Origin: Basidiobolus meristosporus CBS 931.73
Lineage: Eukaryota > Fungi > Basidiobolomycota
Assembly: GCA_002104905.1 (NCBI GenBank)
Contig: MCFE01000060.1
Location: 1-64,000 of the forward strand
Reading direction: 5' to 3'
DNA length: 64,000 bases
Shown one piece after another: positions 50,959-64,000 of the stretch. The notes under the pieces were generated by a model. That model had not been told where the DNA came from. It saw only the letters and a list, made by a program, of their open reading frames with translations, and did no database searches. Made by a program: the position numbers and the translations under genes. Numbering within the stretch: position 1 is the stretch's first letter; each line of letters opens with the position of its first letter.

Positions 50959-52338
50959 AGCTTATTGTCAAGTGCTGGTTGGGGAGGTGTTATGATGGTA
51001 AATTGGTGGTCTCCAATCAAAGTCACTACATATGTTACATACTTTTCTGCCTTAATATTATGGGCAGCTTGCAGCTCTGCAGAGGTTCACACTTGCTTAC
51101 TTGACCCAGTGCTTCTGAAGCTTACATTGATGTTGTGAGTAGGCACACTGCTAACATGACCTTTCAAAGAAGTGGCCCACTTGTTGCACCAAATGTAAAA
51201 GCAAGCTCTGGGCCAGCCACTATTATGATGTAGTCTGCAGAATGGTTAGCTTGCAACCAGAGAGCTTTTTTTTGGTGATATAATTACTTAGCAGTGAGTC
51301 AAAATACGGGGGAAATGGTATTGAATAGGTGTATACAAGTTGCACCACAAGCCTGTCCATGAAGCTTGATATGGTAATTCATCACCAATATTGAGACATG
51401 AGAGATTTTCTCAATAAGGCAAACATTATTGTTGTCCAAATGTTGATGCCAAGTACCTCATCTTCTCACAGAGAAAATGTATAGAAATCAGCATGCAATT
51501 GGATCATAGTTGATAAGCCACATATAATTGAACAGAATATAGAATAAACAAAAGGCTAGAGCTACTTCATACCAAGGGAATATAATGTAACAAGAAGTTT
51601 TAACTGGAAATAAAGTACTTGCATTGCTACATTATCCCAACACTACTGACTAAGCTGTGCCAGAAGTATTCACAGATAAATCAGCTCCTTGAGATACCTG
51701 AGATACTTGAAACAATTGTCCAGAAAGTTTGAAAGAATTACTGATCAAATATAGAGTATCTGCAACATTAAGTGTATCTCACTAGTTCCAATATAATTTC
51801 ATTTGCATTTACAACAACATAGATGCAAGGACTGGATGATCTCAATATGTGCTTATTCAAGCAGACTCTTAAAGCCACTTTTACTCAGAGTGTATTGGAA
51901 GTATTGGGAACCACATGTCCTGCTGGTTCCTATCTCTTCCAGGTCCATCACTGCTACTCTGTCTGAGTGCTTCTTAAATTTTGCACTGTTGGACGCATGT
52001 CTGCCAGCTTGTCCCTAATTGGCACTCTTCCAGCTACCTGTCATTTCTTAGACATATACTTGGAGCTTTTGGCCCAGCAGGTAGCAGGCTCTTGAGGAAA
52101 CCACTGGTTTTTAGCTATGGCACTGTTGCTCTTGTGCCTCTGATAGTTTATGCTATTCTTGAGATACTTTCTAAGCATACAAATACTGGCCTAAAATCTA
52201 GTTGCTCATTTGAATCCAGGTCAATGCTTATGGAACAGGTCAAGCCTGTTATGCTTAGCCTAAAGTTCATGAAGGTCTCATTGTATGCTGGCTCTATGGT
52301 TATGGTGAGCTAGACTTCTTAAAGCCTCTTATATGTTA

Positions 52339-52546
52339 GACTTGTTTCATTGAGCCATTGATCATAGTGCCAGAAAGTGCTGTATATTTTGTTGTTAATT
52401 TGATATTTTAGGGTCATATGCATGTCAATTTTGATCCCAAATGGCACTGTATGGCACCATCTGGCACTCTGTGGCATGATCAGGCACCATCTGGCATGCT
52501 ATGGCACTATTGGGCACCATGATCAGCTGGAATGATGGAACAAGTC
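52339..52546. mobile_element. MITE (208 bp) sharing termini with the Harbinger-like element
   Basis: TTA|GACTTGTTTCAT ... ATGGAACAAGTC|TAA, with internal TGGCAC repeats. Confidence 0.85.
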
Positions 52547-54696
52547 TAATAGTCCACTAATCATCTTCACACTCAATATCTTCACATATCTTCAATGTCA
52601 TTTGATATTTAGGCCTGGGTATAAGCGTCACAGTCTCTCCCTCCTATGCCATTATCAGATTCTCTGTGAGCTTAATCTATTGGAACTGTTGTTGTTCTTC
52701 AAAGTCTTTATGGTGTTCCTCTGCTGTTACCACACAAAATGGCTCAACTCTTGGCTGTGAAATTGTACCACTGAAGTTCCTCCATTGCAGCAAAGACACT
52801 GTTGAAATATTGGACTATTTGGTATCATTCAGCAGCTAAAAATTTACTTAACAATTCTAGACTAGTCTTAGTCACTGTAGGACTCATTTACTGCCTTAAC
52901 TTTGCCACTTTCTCCAGATATATGATCTTATGATTATTCTCCTATAGTCAGGATCAAATTAGCACTATTACCAAACATTATGTACTAACCCTAAAACTGT
53001 TACAGAATGCTCCTGAATATTGAGAAACCGTCCCTACTTAGTGTTGCAGCTGTATTACTTCTACAAAGGTATAAATACTGAGCTTCTTTATGAATAAACA
53101 ACAGTTCAACTATTATCACTATTTCTTGATAAGTTCCTTATATCCAAATCACTTCTTAAATTGCAACAGACACTGCATTCTCTAACTGAGATAATGATTT
53201 CTCTATATATATAATCCGCTTATCCTGTATCTGGACTATTTTATGCTTTCTCAGGGCCATTTCTCTTATCCTATTAGCCACTGCACTTAGTTGCCTCATG
53301 AGTGCTCTAGTATGAGCAGACAACATACTTCTTAATACAAATGGTGGTGATGTTATAATGGCCACTTACTAGTTTTCAACCAAAAGTACTGCATTTGCTG
53401 CATTCTTATTTGCTTGAGCTTCATGATAAGCTTGTAGCTCAGTAGATATTCTCATTTGCCAACTTGCCTACAAGCCTGCAAAGTCTGCACCAAGGCAGCA
53501 AAGATATTGCATTCTCAGCCTAGGATATTGAATGCTCTACATGTATCAAATGCTGTTTCTGGACTATTTCCTGATTTTTCTGGGTCATTGCATGTAACCT
53601 ATCAGCCACTGCACCAAATTGCCGCATTAACGCTCTCTATGACAGAACATTTGGTCCCACAAGTGGATCCAATCTAGATCTGCCATAAGGATCCCATCAG
53701 GAGCCATCATAATACCTGCACCTAGATATAAACAGCCTTTTGCACAATCTTATGACAGGAACCCAACAGCCTTTGGGTAGTTTCACCACTAAATAATATT
53801 AGAAAATATGATGGTGTTGTTAAATAATTAGGTGGACTCCTAATTATTAATATGCTATGAGCTAGCACCACATTAAGTGACATATTTCAGAATAGTAATT
53901 TAGAAATTAGTTTGTAAGATATTCTCTGATTATCAATAATTAGTGAAGTAGAAAATTATAGGAGAAACATATACTTGTCCAAATCAGCTGAAACTTGGCA
54001 CATGTACTCCTGACACTCCCCTATTATTGAATAAATAGCTACATATACATAGTTCTGCAACAGGTATAATTACTGTGTTGCAACTCAATAAATCAACAAG
54101 TGAATATCATATAAATCTTCAAATTCTCCATCTCCTTTCAATACATCTCTAATATTTCCGCAGGTTATAAGCCCCATGCTAGCTGTGTCTTGGGCATCTA
54201 CTTTACTTTAGTGCTGTGTCTTTATTCTTGAGAAAACTGCCATGTCTACCTAAAGTTACAAAAGACAGAAAAGTACTGTGTTGTACTGCTAATAGAATAT
54301 ATTGTTTTGGAGAGAGAGCCTTCAAAAAAGACACTGACAGATGAAAGAGGTCATTTTTTTAGGCAATCATGTTGGACAAGTTTCAAATTATGAAATGTTC
54401 AGAAGGATGAAGCTTTGAAAAAAACATGTAATCCAAAGCAAGAAGTCCAGATCAATAAGAAGCATACTACATGTTACATGTATTAATACCATAATCCTTA
54501 TTATCATAACATAAAGGAGCTATGTTCAGGATCCAGAAATATATGGGTGTGGATTAGACCATTCTAGTCACTCAAGTATCTGCATTCCTGTAGAAAGTTT
54601 ACATAAATCTGTAGCCACTTGAAATGAAAATGATGTGCAAGCACTTTAGGCCACCTGCCACCCTAAGTTGTAGCTGGATATGCATACAGATACATG

Positions 54697-57600
54697 TGTT
54701 ATGATCTGCCTCTTGAATGTTTAAGTTAGATCAGTTTTTAGTCAAATCAATTAGTATATATTTAGGTTATCAGTATATCAGTATTTTCTATGAAATCATT
54801 AGCATTAGTCAGCAAATGAATCAGCAGATCCTTATCAGACAGAAATAGATATATTAAGTAGGATCTTATTGGGTGATGATGATGCAATCAAATGAGTCAT
54901 CAGCCACAACCTACATTAGGAAATACAATTAGTCAGCAATTGATCTGGCAAAATGTATATAAGGAGCTGCTGGAACCTCAATAAAAATCAGTTCAAGTTT
55001 TAGTGAATACAATACTAGCTAAACTCCCTATTCCTCTACAACTCTTATACCAAGACTTGTAACATTGGTAGCAGCAATAACCAGAAACATCCCTCCTGAA
55101 GAAAGAAGAAACCACCCTCAAGATGTTGGACAATCAAGAATGGAAGAATGCCATGCAGCAAATCCTGGCCCAACAGCAACAAGGAATGACTACCATGGCT
55201 CAGAGCCAGCAAAGCCCTGTCAAGAGCAACTTTAGTGTGAAGGTCAATGGGTACCATGGCAGAGTCAATGAAAACCTGGGAACTTGGCTCTTTCAGATTG
55301 AAGAAGCTTTTAAAGCTCAAGGAATTGCTCCAGAGAGCAAGTTGCATTATGCAGCTTCTTACCTGGCAGATGCAGCTTTACAGTGGTACCACAACAAGAT
55401 CAGGTCAGCTACTATGATGGGATGCTCTACAATCTCTACCTGGGATGAGTTTGTGTCGGAAATTCAGGATGCTTTTGAACCTCCACACCAGCAGACACTA
55501 CTAAGAAGGAAGTTAAAGACACTCAGACAGAAAGGAATGGTGCAAGAATATATCAATGAGTACAGATGTATACTTGGACAAGTTGAAAGAATGGACCCCT
55601 TGGATCAAGTTGAATACTTTATTGATGGGTTGAAGGAAAGAACTTGCAAGGAAGTGAATTACCAATGACCTCAGACTATTGAAGAAGCCATCAAGATTGC
55701 CATTGACTATGACTCAGCTATGTTTGGAGTTGGGAAGCCTACAGTGACTAATCAGAAAGGCTATAATCATTATGAAAGAAGACAATCAGAAGCAGTATCA
55801 ATGGAAATAGATGCTATGCAGAAGAATCCCTCCTCAGAAGAATGCAAGAAGAGAGGACTTTGCTTCAATTGCCACCAGCAGGGACATATTGCAAAGTACT
55901 GCCCTCAGAGAAGAAATGGACACCAGCAAAGAAGAACCTTCAACCATATTGAGTCCCATGAGCACAGTAATGTGGAAGATGGCTTGAAGAAGACTTGGAA
56001 CTCACCTTCCATATGACAGATGAGTACTTGTCCCAAATGACCTCAAACTCAGGGAAGTTATTGTACTTAAATGGAGTAATGAATGGAGTACCTGCCAAGA
56101 TCATGATTGACTCAGGAGCATTGCATGAGTACATGTCAGAGCAATTTGCTTTGAAAGCTGGAATCAACTCGGAACCTACCAAATAAACTTCAGTCTCCAC
56201 AGCTGATGGGAACTCCCACATAATCAACTGTATTACCCAGCCAGTAAGAATGAAGATCAATGACTATGAAGAAGACCTACAGGCTTATATATTTGGGAAC
56301 TGCAAGTTTGACCTTGTACTTGGAAAAACCTGGCTATTTTGTTGTAATCCATCAATCAACTGGAAAACCCATGCTACTCAGATCCAAAAAGACAACAAGA
56401 CCTATGAGCTATTACCTGCCAGGCTGGATTTCAACTTGGTCAATTCCAGTGTGTGTGAGACAAGTGAACTTAGCAAGACCCAGTTCTGTAGAGCACTTAT
56501 AAAAGGTACCCAGATGTTCCTCATGGCGGTATTACAGGAGGATTCCTCTACCCCAGCACCCCAGCAGGTCCAGACTCTCTTGAAGAAATATTCAGACATG
56601 TTTCCAGATGAGCTTGTAAGCCTACCACCAGTCAGAGACGTGGATCATGCCATTGACACAGGAGATAGCCCTCCAGTGAGCAAGACACCTTACAGAATGA
56701 GTCCATTGGAATCAGAGGAAATGAAGAGACAAATTGATCAGCTATTGGAGCAAGGATACATCAGGCCCAGCAAGTCACCCTGGGGAGCACCAGTGCTTTT
56801 TGTGAAAAAGAAGTATGGAACACTTAGGATGTGCATTGACTATAGAGCCCTGAACTCAGTTACCATCAAGAATAAGTACCCCATACCTTGGATTCATGAG
56901 CTTTTGGACCAACTTAATGGAGCCACTATTTTCAGCAAGATTGACCTCATGTCAGGATACAACCAAATTAGGTTGAAACCAGAAGATATTCCTAGGACAG
57001 CATTTAGGACCAGATATGGACATTACAAGTACTTAGTCATGAGTTTTGGCCTCACTAATGCCCCTGCAACATTCATGATGCTGATGCAAACTGTCTTTCA
57101 GGAGTACTTAGACAAGTTTGTGATAATCTACCTGGATGACATATTGATATACAGCAAGACAGAAGAGGATCACATAGTGCACATTGAAAAGGTCTTGAAG
57201 AAACTAAGAGAGAACAAGCTATATGGCAAGCTAGCCAAGTGTGAATTCTTCAAGGAGCACTTTGAATACCTGGGACACATAGTGACTAGCACAGGAGTAA
57301 CCTTAGACCCACAGAAGGTGGAAGTAATCAAGAATCTGAAACAGCCCCATAGCATATCAGAGCTCAGATCATTCCTTGGAATGGTTTCATATTAATGGAG
57401 ATTTGTCAAGTTGTTTGCAAGTATTGTGGCCCCTTTAACTGATATCCTCAAGAAAGACAATACCCACAAGTGGGACATAGCTTGTGAGACTGCCTTCCAG
57501 ATGCTCAAGAATGAACTTGCTAAGCTGCCAAGCTTAAGAATACCAGACTTCAGAAAAGAGTTCACTCTGTGCACAGATGCTTCAGATTATGCAATTGGTG

Positions 57601-59604
57601 GAGTGCTGAGCCAAGAACACAAGGGAAAGGACTACCCTGTTGCCTTTGAATCCAAGAAACTGAACTCAGCAGAACAAAACTATCCAGTCCATGAGAAGGA
57701 GATGCTTGCTATAATACACTGTTTGAAGACATGGAGATGCTATATTGAAGGAGTCAAATGCACTGTGAAGACTGATCATGCCTCCCTCAAGTATATATTT
57801 ACTCAGAATGTACTCTCTAGAAGAATGACAAGATGGAGTGAATACATTCAGCAATTTGACCTGGAGATTGTCTACTGTCCTGGAAAAAACAACATGGTAG
57901 CTGATGCCTTATCAAGATTAGATCAAGTTGCACAACTCAACTTGGTGCATGAATCAGATTGGCCTAGCCTATTACCAAAGTACTTGGAGGACCAAGCCAT
58001 TCCTAATGAGGTGGATGAAGATATCAAGAAGATAATCTGTGATGAAGCCAGCAAATTTGTTGTACAGGATGAAACACTCTACCAAATTGTTGATGGAAGC
58101 CCTATTGCCTATTGTCCTTATGTTGCTTGCCTGGATTTAATACATAAGCTACACAATGGATATGGACATCTTGGGATTGAAGGAACCTATAGCCTTGTGA
58201 AAGCCAGAGCATGGTCACCCAGAATGCAACAAGACTTTGAGAAGCTAGTAAAAACATGCCCAAACTGCCAAATCAATCAAGGCCAGCCACAAAGAATTGC
58301 TGAACTCTTCCCTTTGGAGCCTGTAAGACCATTTGAGAGATGGGGAATTGACTTTATTGGAAGATTGCTAACCACCAGGAAATGAAACCGTTGGATCCTA
58401 GTAGCAATTGACCATGCCACTAAATGGCCAGTTGCTAAAGCTGTACCAATAGCCAGTGAACAAGAAGTTGCAAGTTTCATTTACCATGAGATCCTGATGA
58501 AGTTTGGATGCCCTGTGGAGATCTTATCCGATAGAGGTGCAAACTTTATGGCAAAGACATTAGAGGCTTACCTGGAAATGCAGCAGATCAGACACTTGAA
58601 AACCTTAGCATATCACCCCAGAACTAATGGAGTCACTGAGCGGTTTAATGGATTATTTGGAAAAATGCTGACCAAGTATACAAAATGGAGTTGTCAGTAG
58701 ATGGGATGAGTATATAGACCAAGCACTCTTTGCATGCAGAGTCAGAGTACACAACACCACCCAGCAATCACCATTTTACTTAGTGTATGGATGTGAACCA
58801 AGGATTCCAGGAGATCTCACACAACCCAAGCTTACAGATGCCTTAGAAGATGAACTTAGTCAGCCAAGTAGACACCAGCAACTGGAACAAAGACGTCAAG
58901 AGGCACAGACCAAATTATCTCAAAGTGCAGAAAAGATGAAGCAGAGATTTGATAAGACTATAACACCAGAAGCATTGACAGTTGGGAACTTTGTATTGCT
59001 AAGAAACAACACTTGGAAGAAGTTTGAGCCACAATGGACAGGCCCATTCAAGATCATCAGAGAATGTCCATTTGCAACTTACCAACTGGTGGACAAACAA
59101 GGCAATATCCGGGAAGACTTAGTGCATAGGGACAGACTCAAGCTTGCAAGACTTGCTGATAATACTGAGCCATCAAGATATTAGTATTACAAAAAAAGAG
59201 ATTCAGGAGAACCCTCTCAACTTTAGTAGGGGAGAATGTTATGATCTGCCGCTTGAATGCTTAAGTTAGACCAGTTTTTAGTCAAATCAATTAGTATATG
59301 TTTAGGTTATCAGTATATCAGTATTATCTATGAAATCAGTAGCATTAGTCAGCAAATGAATCAGCAGATCCTTATCAGACAGAAATAGATATATTAAGTA
59401 GGATCTTATTGGGTGATGATGATGCAATCAAATGAGTCATCAGCCACAACCTACATTAGGAAATACAATTAGTCAGCAATTGATCTGGCAAAATGTATGT
59501 AAGGAGCTGCTGGAACCACAATAAAAATCAGTTTGAGTTTTAGTGAATACAATACTAGCTAAACTCCCTATTCCTCTACAACTCTTATACCAAGACTTGT
59601 AACA
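54697..59604 (+). mobile_element. Near full-length Ty3/gypsy LTR retrotransposon, inactivated by stops and frameshifts
   Basis: LTRs at 54697-55064 and 59237-59604, with about 10 differences counted in 368 bp. PBS TGGTAGCAG (initiator tRNA-Met-like), PPT AGTAGGGGAGAA and flanking CATG/CATG. Gag carries CFNCHQQGHIAKYC, followed by protease IDSGA, RT YLDD, RNase H DASDYAIG and integrase WGIDFIG/SDRGANF/GVTERFNG. No chromodomain seen. Confidence 0.97.
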
Positions 59605-59609
59605 CATGA

Positions 59610-61530
59610 ACCAGCTTGCGCATATAATGTGGATTGGAATGATATATAATACTGATAAATTTGGCTGAAGATCAGTGATCTCAGACTTACCAACTTTGGT
59701 GTGGTATGTATGATATAACAGTAATACTTTTTGTAGTAATAATGACTCTGAGGCTTTTGTCAGAAATAATGGGAGGAGATATATCTGTAAATATCTAACA
59801 TGGAACTCTTACCACCATAAAGAAAAGTGCTGCTGGAGATCCTAACTAAATTAATGCATATAGACTCTATGTATACCGTGGATGATATATGAAATACTAC
59901 TGAGGAATGTGCTAGTGGCACTGTACTGGTGTTGGTATCACTAGGAGTCCAGTGTTTGCCATTTATATATATCAACATGGAACAGATGTTAGACTTGCTA
60001 TTATGACCAGACCAGTTTACTTGCAGCTCCCAGATATGCGCAACACTGCAGTAGTAAAATCTGCTACCAAGGTGCTGAGAGATATGGCTTTTTAAAGATG
60101 TTTATCTGTTCAAATTTGATCAAGCCTGTGAAAAGTTTTGAAAGACCCAAGTGAATGGCCAATTTGGATAAAGCATCTCAGAATAGAAGTGCTCTGCAGA
60201 CAGCAGGTTCTGGAGCACTTTATGGGATATGACAAGCTCTGGATATACTCCCTGCATGATCCAGATCTATATCAAAAAGGAAAATCCAGTAATAAGCATC
60301 TTCAGGAGCAGATATGGAACAAAAACCTACTGCCAATAAGTTGTCAGTTTCTAAATGGAGTAAGGTGATACCCAAGCCAAACTGGACTATCTAGCACACT
60401 AAGTAGGATCCACCAATCCTATCACCTGTGGATAATAGAGTATCATTACTCAGGAAAGCAGCAGAAAAGTACATTAGAAATCACACATTCTGAGGCAATG
60501 CAAAGATTATTGTGAACAATGAAGTCAACTTCCTTGCAGTTAGAGCTTAAAAGTGGCATCAAGGGCCAACCTAAGGGCTACAATGGCTGCAGAAGATCAT
60601 GGTCTTATTTATTTGCACTGTTGACTAAGCTTTATGCTGGAATATTCTATCAAAAGTAACATTGGCATATCAGGGCTGATGTGGTAGATTAAAGCAATTG
60701 GAAAGTGACAGATCCAGTTGCATGCTTTGAGTGCAATATTACATATGAAAGTATATCTATCCAGTTTAGAATGAAGCCTTTGTGAATAGTTACCAATCAG
60801 TCTTTGGTATTCTGAGATACTAAATCAAGCTTATCAAGATGCAAACACAAGATCTGAGTACTTGAAAGGCATATAAGTCTAAGAAAGTTATGCCTAGACC
60901 AGAAGGATATAAATGATCTATATAAGTCAGTTTGAGAAGGCAGGAAGCACCAGAAAACATAGCTTCAATGGGAGTACAATATCCCCAATTAAGAGTGAAG
61001 AGATCCTGGTCTCAAAACTGTTGAAAGCTGTAGTCTGGAAAAGGAAACATCAGATCAATTGGTGAAGATTAAGGCTACCATAATAATGGTCAGTTAGTGG
61101 CTCTAAAAGATGCTATACGAAGAAAATTCAGGGAAAGCTATATCAGATCCAGTAATGGATATATGGAGGATAACATAAGTGACATAGACTGTATACCAGA
61201 ACTGTGGATGATCCAGATCTACTGGAATGAAACTACATCATTACTTCCCCAGTTATAGACCAATTACACTCATATATAAAGCAGCAGAAGGCCTGAAAGT
61301 GCAGCTACTCAATGGAAGAGAATGTGATGGGATATGATCAGTATCTGAAACATTTAACTCCAATCAAGTGGATAATACTCATCCATAGATATTTTGTGAT
61401 AAGTTCAGAGTTGAGACTCAAAGTATGCAAGTGGGAGTGTTGAAATAATTAGGAGTACACCTAATTATTATAATGTTATGAGCAAGCACAAAGTTAAATG
61501 ACCTATTTCAGAATGTTATCTTAGAGATTA
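59610..61530. mobile_element. Degenerate CpG-depleted repeat-derived sequence; 61445-61530 is similar to 53825-53915
   Basis: No coherent ORF. It shares the segment CCTAATTATT..ATG.TATGAGC.AGCAC...TATTTCAGAAT with 53.8 kb. Confidence 0.45.
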
Positions 61531-64000
61531 GACTTGTTCCATTGTACCGTGCCAGGGCGTGCGGCGCAATCTGCGGTTGTAAAGAACAATTGGGCACAAT
61601 ATAATAGCTACCAGAAGGCAGGATTGTTCTTGGACAATTTTGCACTATGCAGGATGATCTTGCACACTATGGCACAATCTGACACAATGAGGTTGGCACG
61701 GATGATTGAACCAACTTGTAATGTTTGCATCACATGCACAATTGGATACCACTATTATGGCAGGTAAAATCCGGTATTTGGATATGTTTCTTTAATGTAA
61801 ACAGAAATAAATGTGTATCACACAATTAACTACACTGATACTTACCATTTTGGTTACCCTCACTCCAATTGGACGGTATCTTAGTGGTTAATTGGTCCAA
61901 AAGTATCCTGAAGCTGGCAGCCCCCAATTGGCTCATTGACTACTGAAAAAGCTTCCTGATTTGGTAGTGACTCACTTTGCACACCTATACTACTTCCTGG
62001 CTGACTATCATCTTGGCTACTTGTTTATTTGTAGTCAGTATTTTGCCTCCTAGTTGATGAGTGTGATGCTGCAGCTTGGCTGCGCTGAATTGCTCCAACT
62101 GAACCAACTGAACCGGCCTGTAGTGCCACATGCTGATGCGCTCTTTTACTTGCCAAGGGCTCCAGTGGTTGAGGCACTTCATGTTGGTAATCATCAGTCA
62201 GTTCACCAGAAGTAACTTGCTGATGGTCATGCAAAACAGCACATGCAGGTGCACCTTGACGCGTTGAGATGGCCCTTGGCTGAGTTCAATGTGATGCCGC
62301 ATGCTGATGCGGCTTGGTCCGCTCCAATGGACTTGTGTCTAAATGAGCAGTTTGGCAAGTTCTTGTAGTTTTGCTCTGAAGCACGCGCGTTGACTTGATG
62401 CAGGGCATTCTGGTAAAGGGTGTTGGTGTGGTCTGGACTGACGTGCGCTGGCGTGCTGTGGTTGCAAGAGATGGTAGGGAATCCAGCAAGGTGTGCTGGC
62501 GCAATCTGGACAATGTTGCTTGCGGTCTGTATTCTTCCTCCTGAAGCTCACCATCTGATTCCTCAAGTTAATCACTTACCCTCTGTCTGATACTTTGGAG
62601 CTGTTGCCTGGATGAGTCCTGTGTATATTGCTCTTGGAAGCCACTTAGCTCTACTAATATATCACGTAGTACATTAGTCATTTGAGGCAAAAACTCATTC
62701 AAAATCTCTTTGGTTCCCAAAGTTGAGGCACAAACAGACATGTCTGGCCCGTACTGTGCAAATTGCGGGCAAAATCATTCCCACGCAGCTTCTTTGTCAA
62801 ATCCCCTCACTCTCAGCTCATTCTTGATTTCAATACTTGTCTTGTTATATATCTTTTTACATACATTGGCTGGCATCTTGATGTAGAACTCATGCCACAG
62901 CTTTCTACTCAAATTCTTCCATCTTTGTTGACTCTCTGAGGTATCTAGCTCTGCTACATTATTCAGTAGTGCCCAAATATCTGTACAAAGGCTCATCAAA
63001 GACACGTGGGCCATACTAAAATCATTTGGCAAGAACTTGAACGGATCTGACATTGACTTTTCTGGTCCAGACCGCGCTTGTGAGCTGGGGGATGGGTTTT
63101 GTCTGGGCTGTACTAAAGATGAGTTGAGGCTTGGTATGGGGACCATAGCAACAGATTTGGATACTTATACAGCAGTATATTGGCATCAACCTGTCTTATA
63201 TGAAATATATATGAAAACTAATGTGATTGTTGAATTTTCCATATATTATGCATGATGCATCTCAAATTGCGTTGACACAGATCAGATCATATCAATTGCA
63301 GATTTCCTATTTGATTATAGACCTATGAGTAAAGCATCAATAAAAGTACCAAGGCATTTTTTGCGGATAATTTTTGCAACATAATGATGGGATTTATGGC
63401 AATTGATGGAGATTTAACCGTAATGTATTAAAAATCAGATAAATAATGCAGATTGCGCTGATTCAATTCAGACTGCCTCCATACAATCATCCACCAATTT
63501 TAATATGACTTACTCATCTGAATGGTCATTTCTCATCAATCCCATCACTACTACTGGATTTCCTTTTGACACACTAGAGGAGATCTATTCCAAGAACTGT
63601 GGATCATCAACCCCAATCTACTCAAGGAGATCCCTTGTTAAGCTTCTCTGCTATTACAAGAACTATTGCCCTACAAGGTTTCATCCCACCATTCATGGCA
63701 ACAAAAGTCCTAGAAGCTTTCATTCCCAGCTGACAGCAATTGAGAACCACCTTGCAGAGGGTATGAATGACTTAGAGCAAGCTTGAAATACTAGGTTCAA
63801 AAGCTCCAATAGACTTCCATATCCCAGAGTGTTCAGCAACAGGTTCCATATCAGGAGTATTTTGGATATCTTCCCAGTCAGGATTAACAGAACTTCTAGA
63901 GGGCAGAGGCACTTTTATTCTGGCAAGTACAAGGCACACTGTGTGAAGTTTCAAGCACTGTCTGACATTGAGGGTAACATCATCTGGTTTAGTGGGCCAT
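61531..64000 (+). mobile_element. Two-gene PIF/Harbinger-like transposon, copy B (runs off the window): terminus 61531, ORF2 (-, 63146-~62290), transposase (+, from 63505)
   Basis: TTA|GACTTGTTCCATTGTAC terminus; transposase MTYSSEWSFLINP...ILDIFPVRIN...KYKAHCVKFQALSD with one internal stop. It retains many CpGs. Confidence 0.88.

Noticed and set aside
55980-56016. Possible programmed -1 gag-pol frameshift in the gypsy element
   Set aside because: There is no slippery heptamer. Restoring one base gives a natural acidic reading (VEDG.EEDLELTF), and the element has other lesions, so a mutation is more likely.

Overview
Eukaryotic window from an intron-rich, early-diverging fungus. The introns I measured are ~55-65 nt, and the gene content suggests a Basidiobolus/Zoopagomycota-like organism (inference only). 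There are two sharply different compartments. (1) ~3.3-30.1 kb is gene-dense with normal CpG content. It opens with a secreted, chitin-related group: a stand-alone actinobacterial-like beta-sandwich protein, a GH18 chitinase-CBM5/12 and an AA11 LPMO-CBM5/12. Next come a 7TM receptor-like gene, EndoU ribonuclease, ABC1/ADCK2-type kinase, S8 subtilisin, a frameshifted Zn2Cys6 factor, a REX1-B domain protein, mitochondrial lysyl-tRNA synthetase, a LAT/Mup-type permease, White Collar-2 and a C2H2 factor. (2) 1-3.2 kb and ~30.15-64 kb are CpG-depleted nested transposon graveyards. They hold Ty1/copia and several Ty3/gypsy remnants, one near-complete gypsy element (54697-59604) plus a solo LTR, a CACTA remnant, and three copies plus a MITE of a two-gene PIF/Harbinger-like (PHIS) DNA transposon. 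An unexplained AT-rich coding-like island lies at ~46.6-47.9 kb. All protein family calls come from motif recognition by eye; no searches were run.
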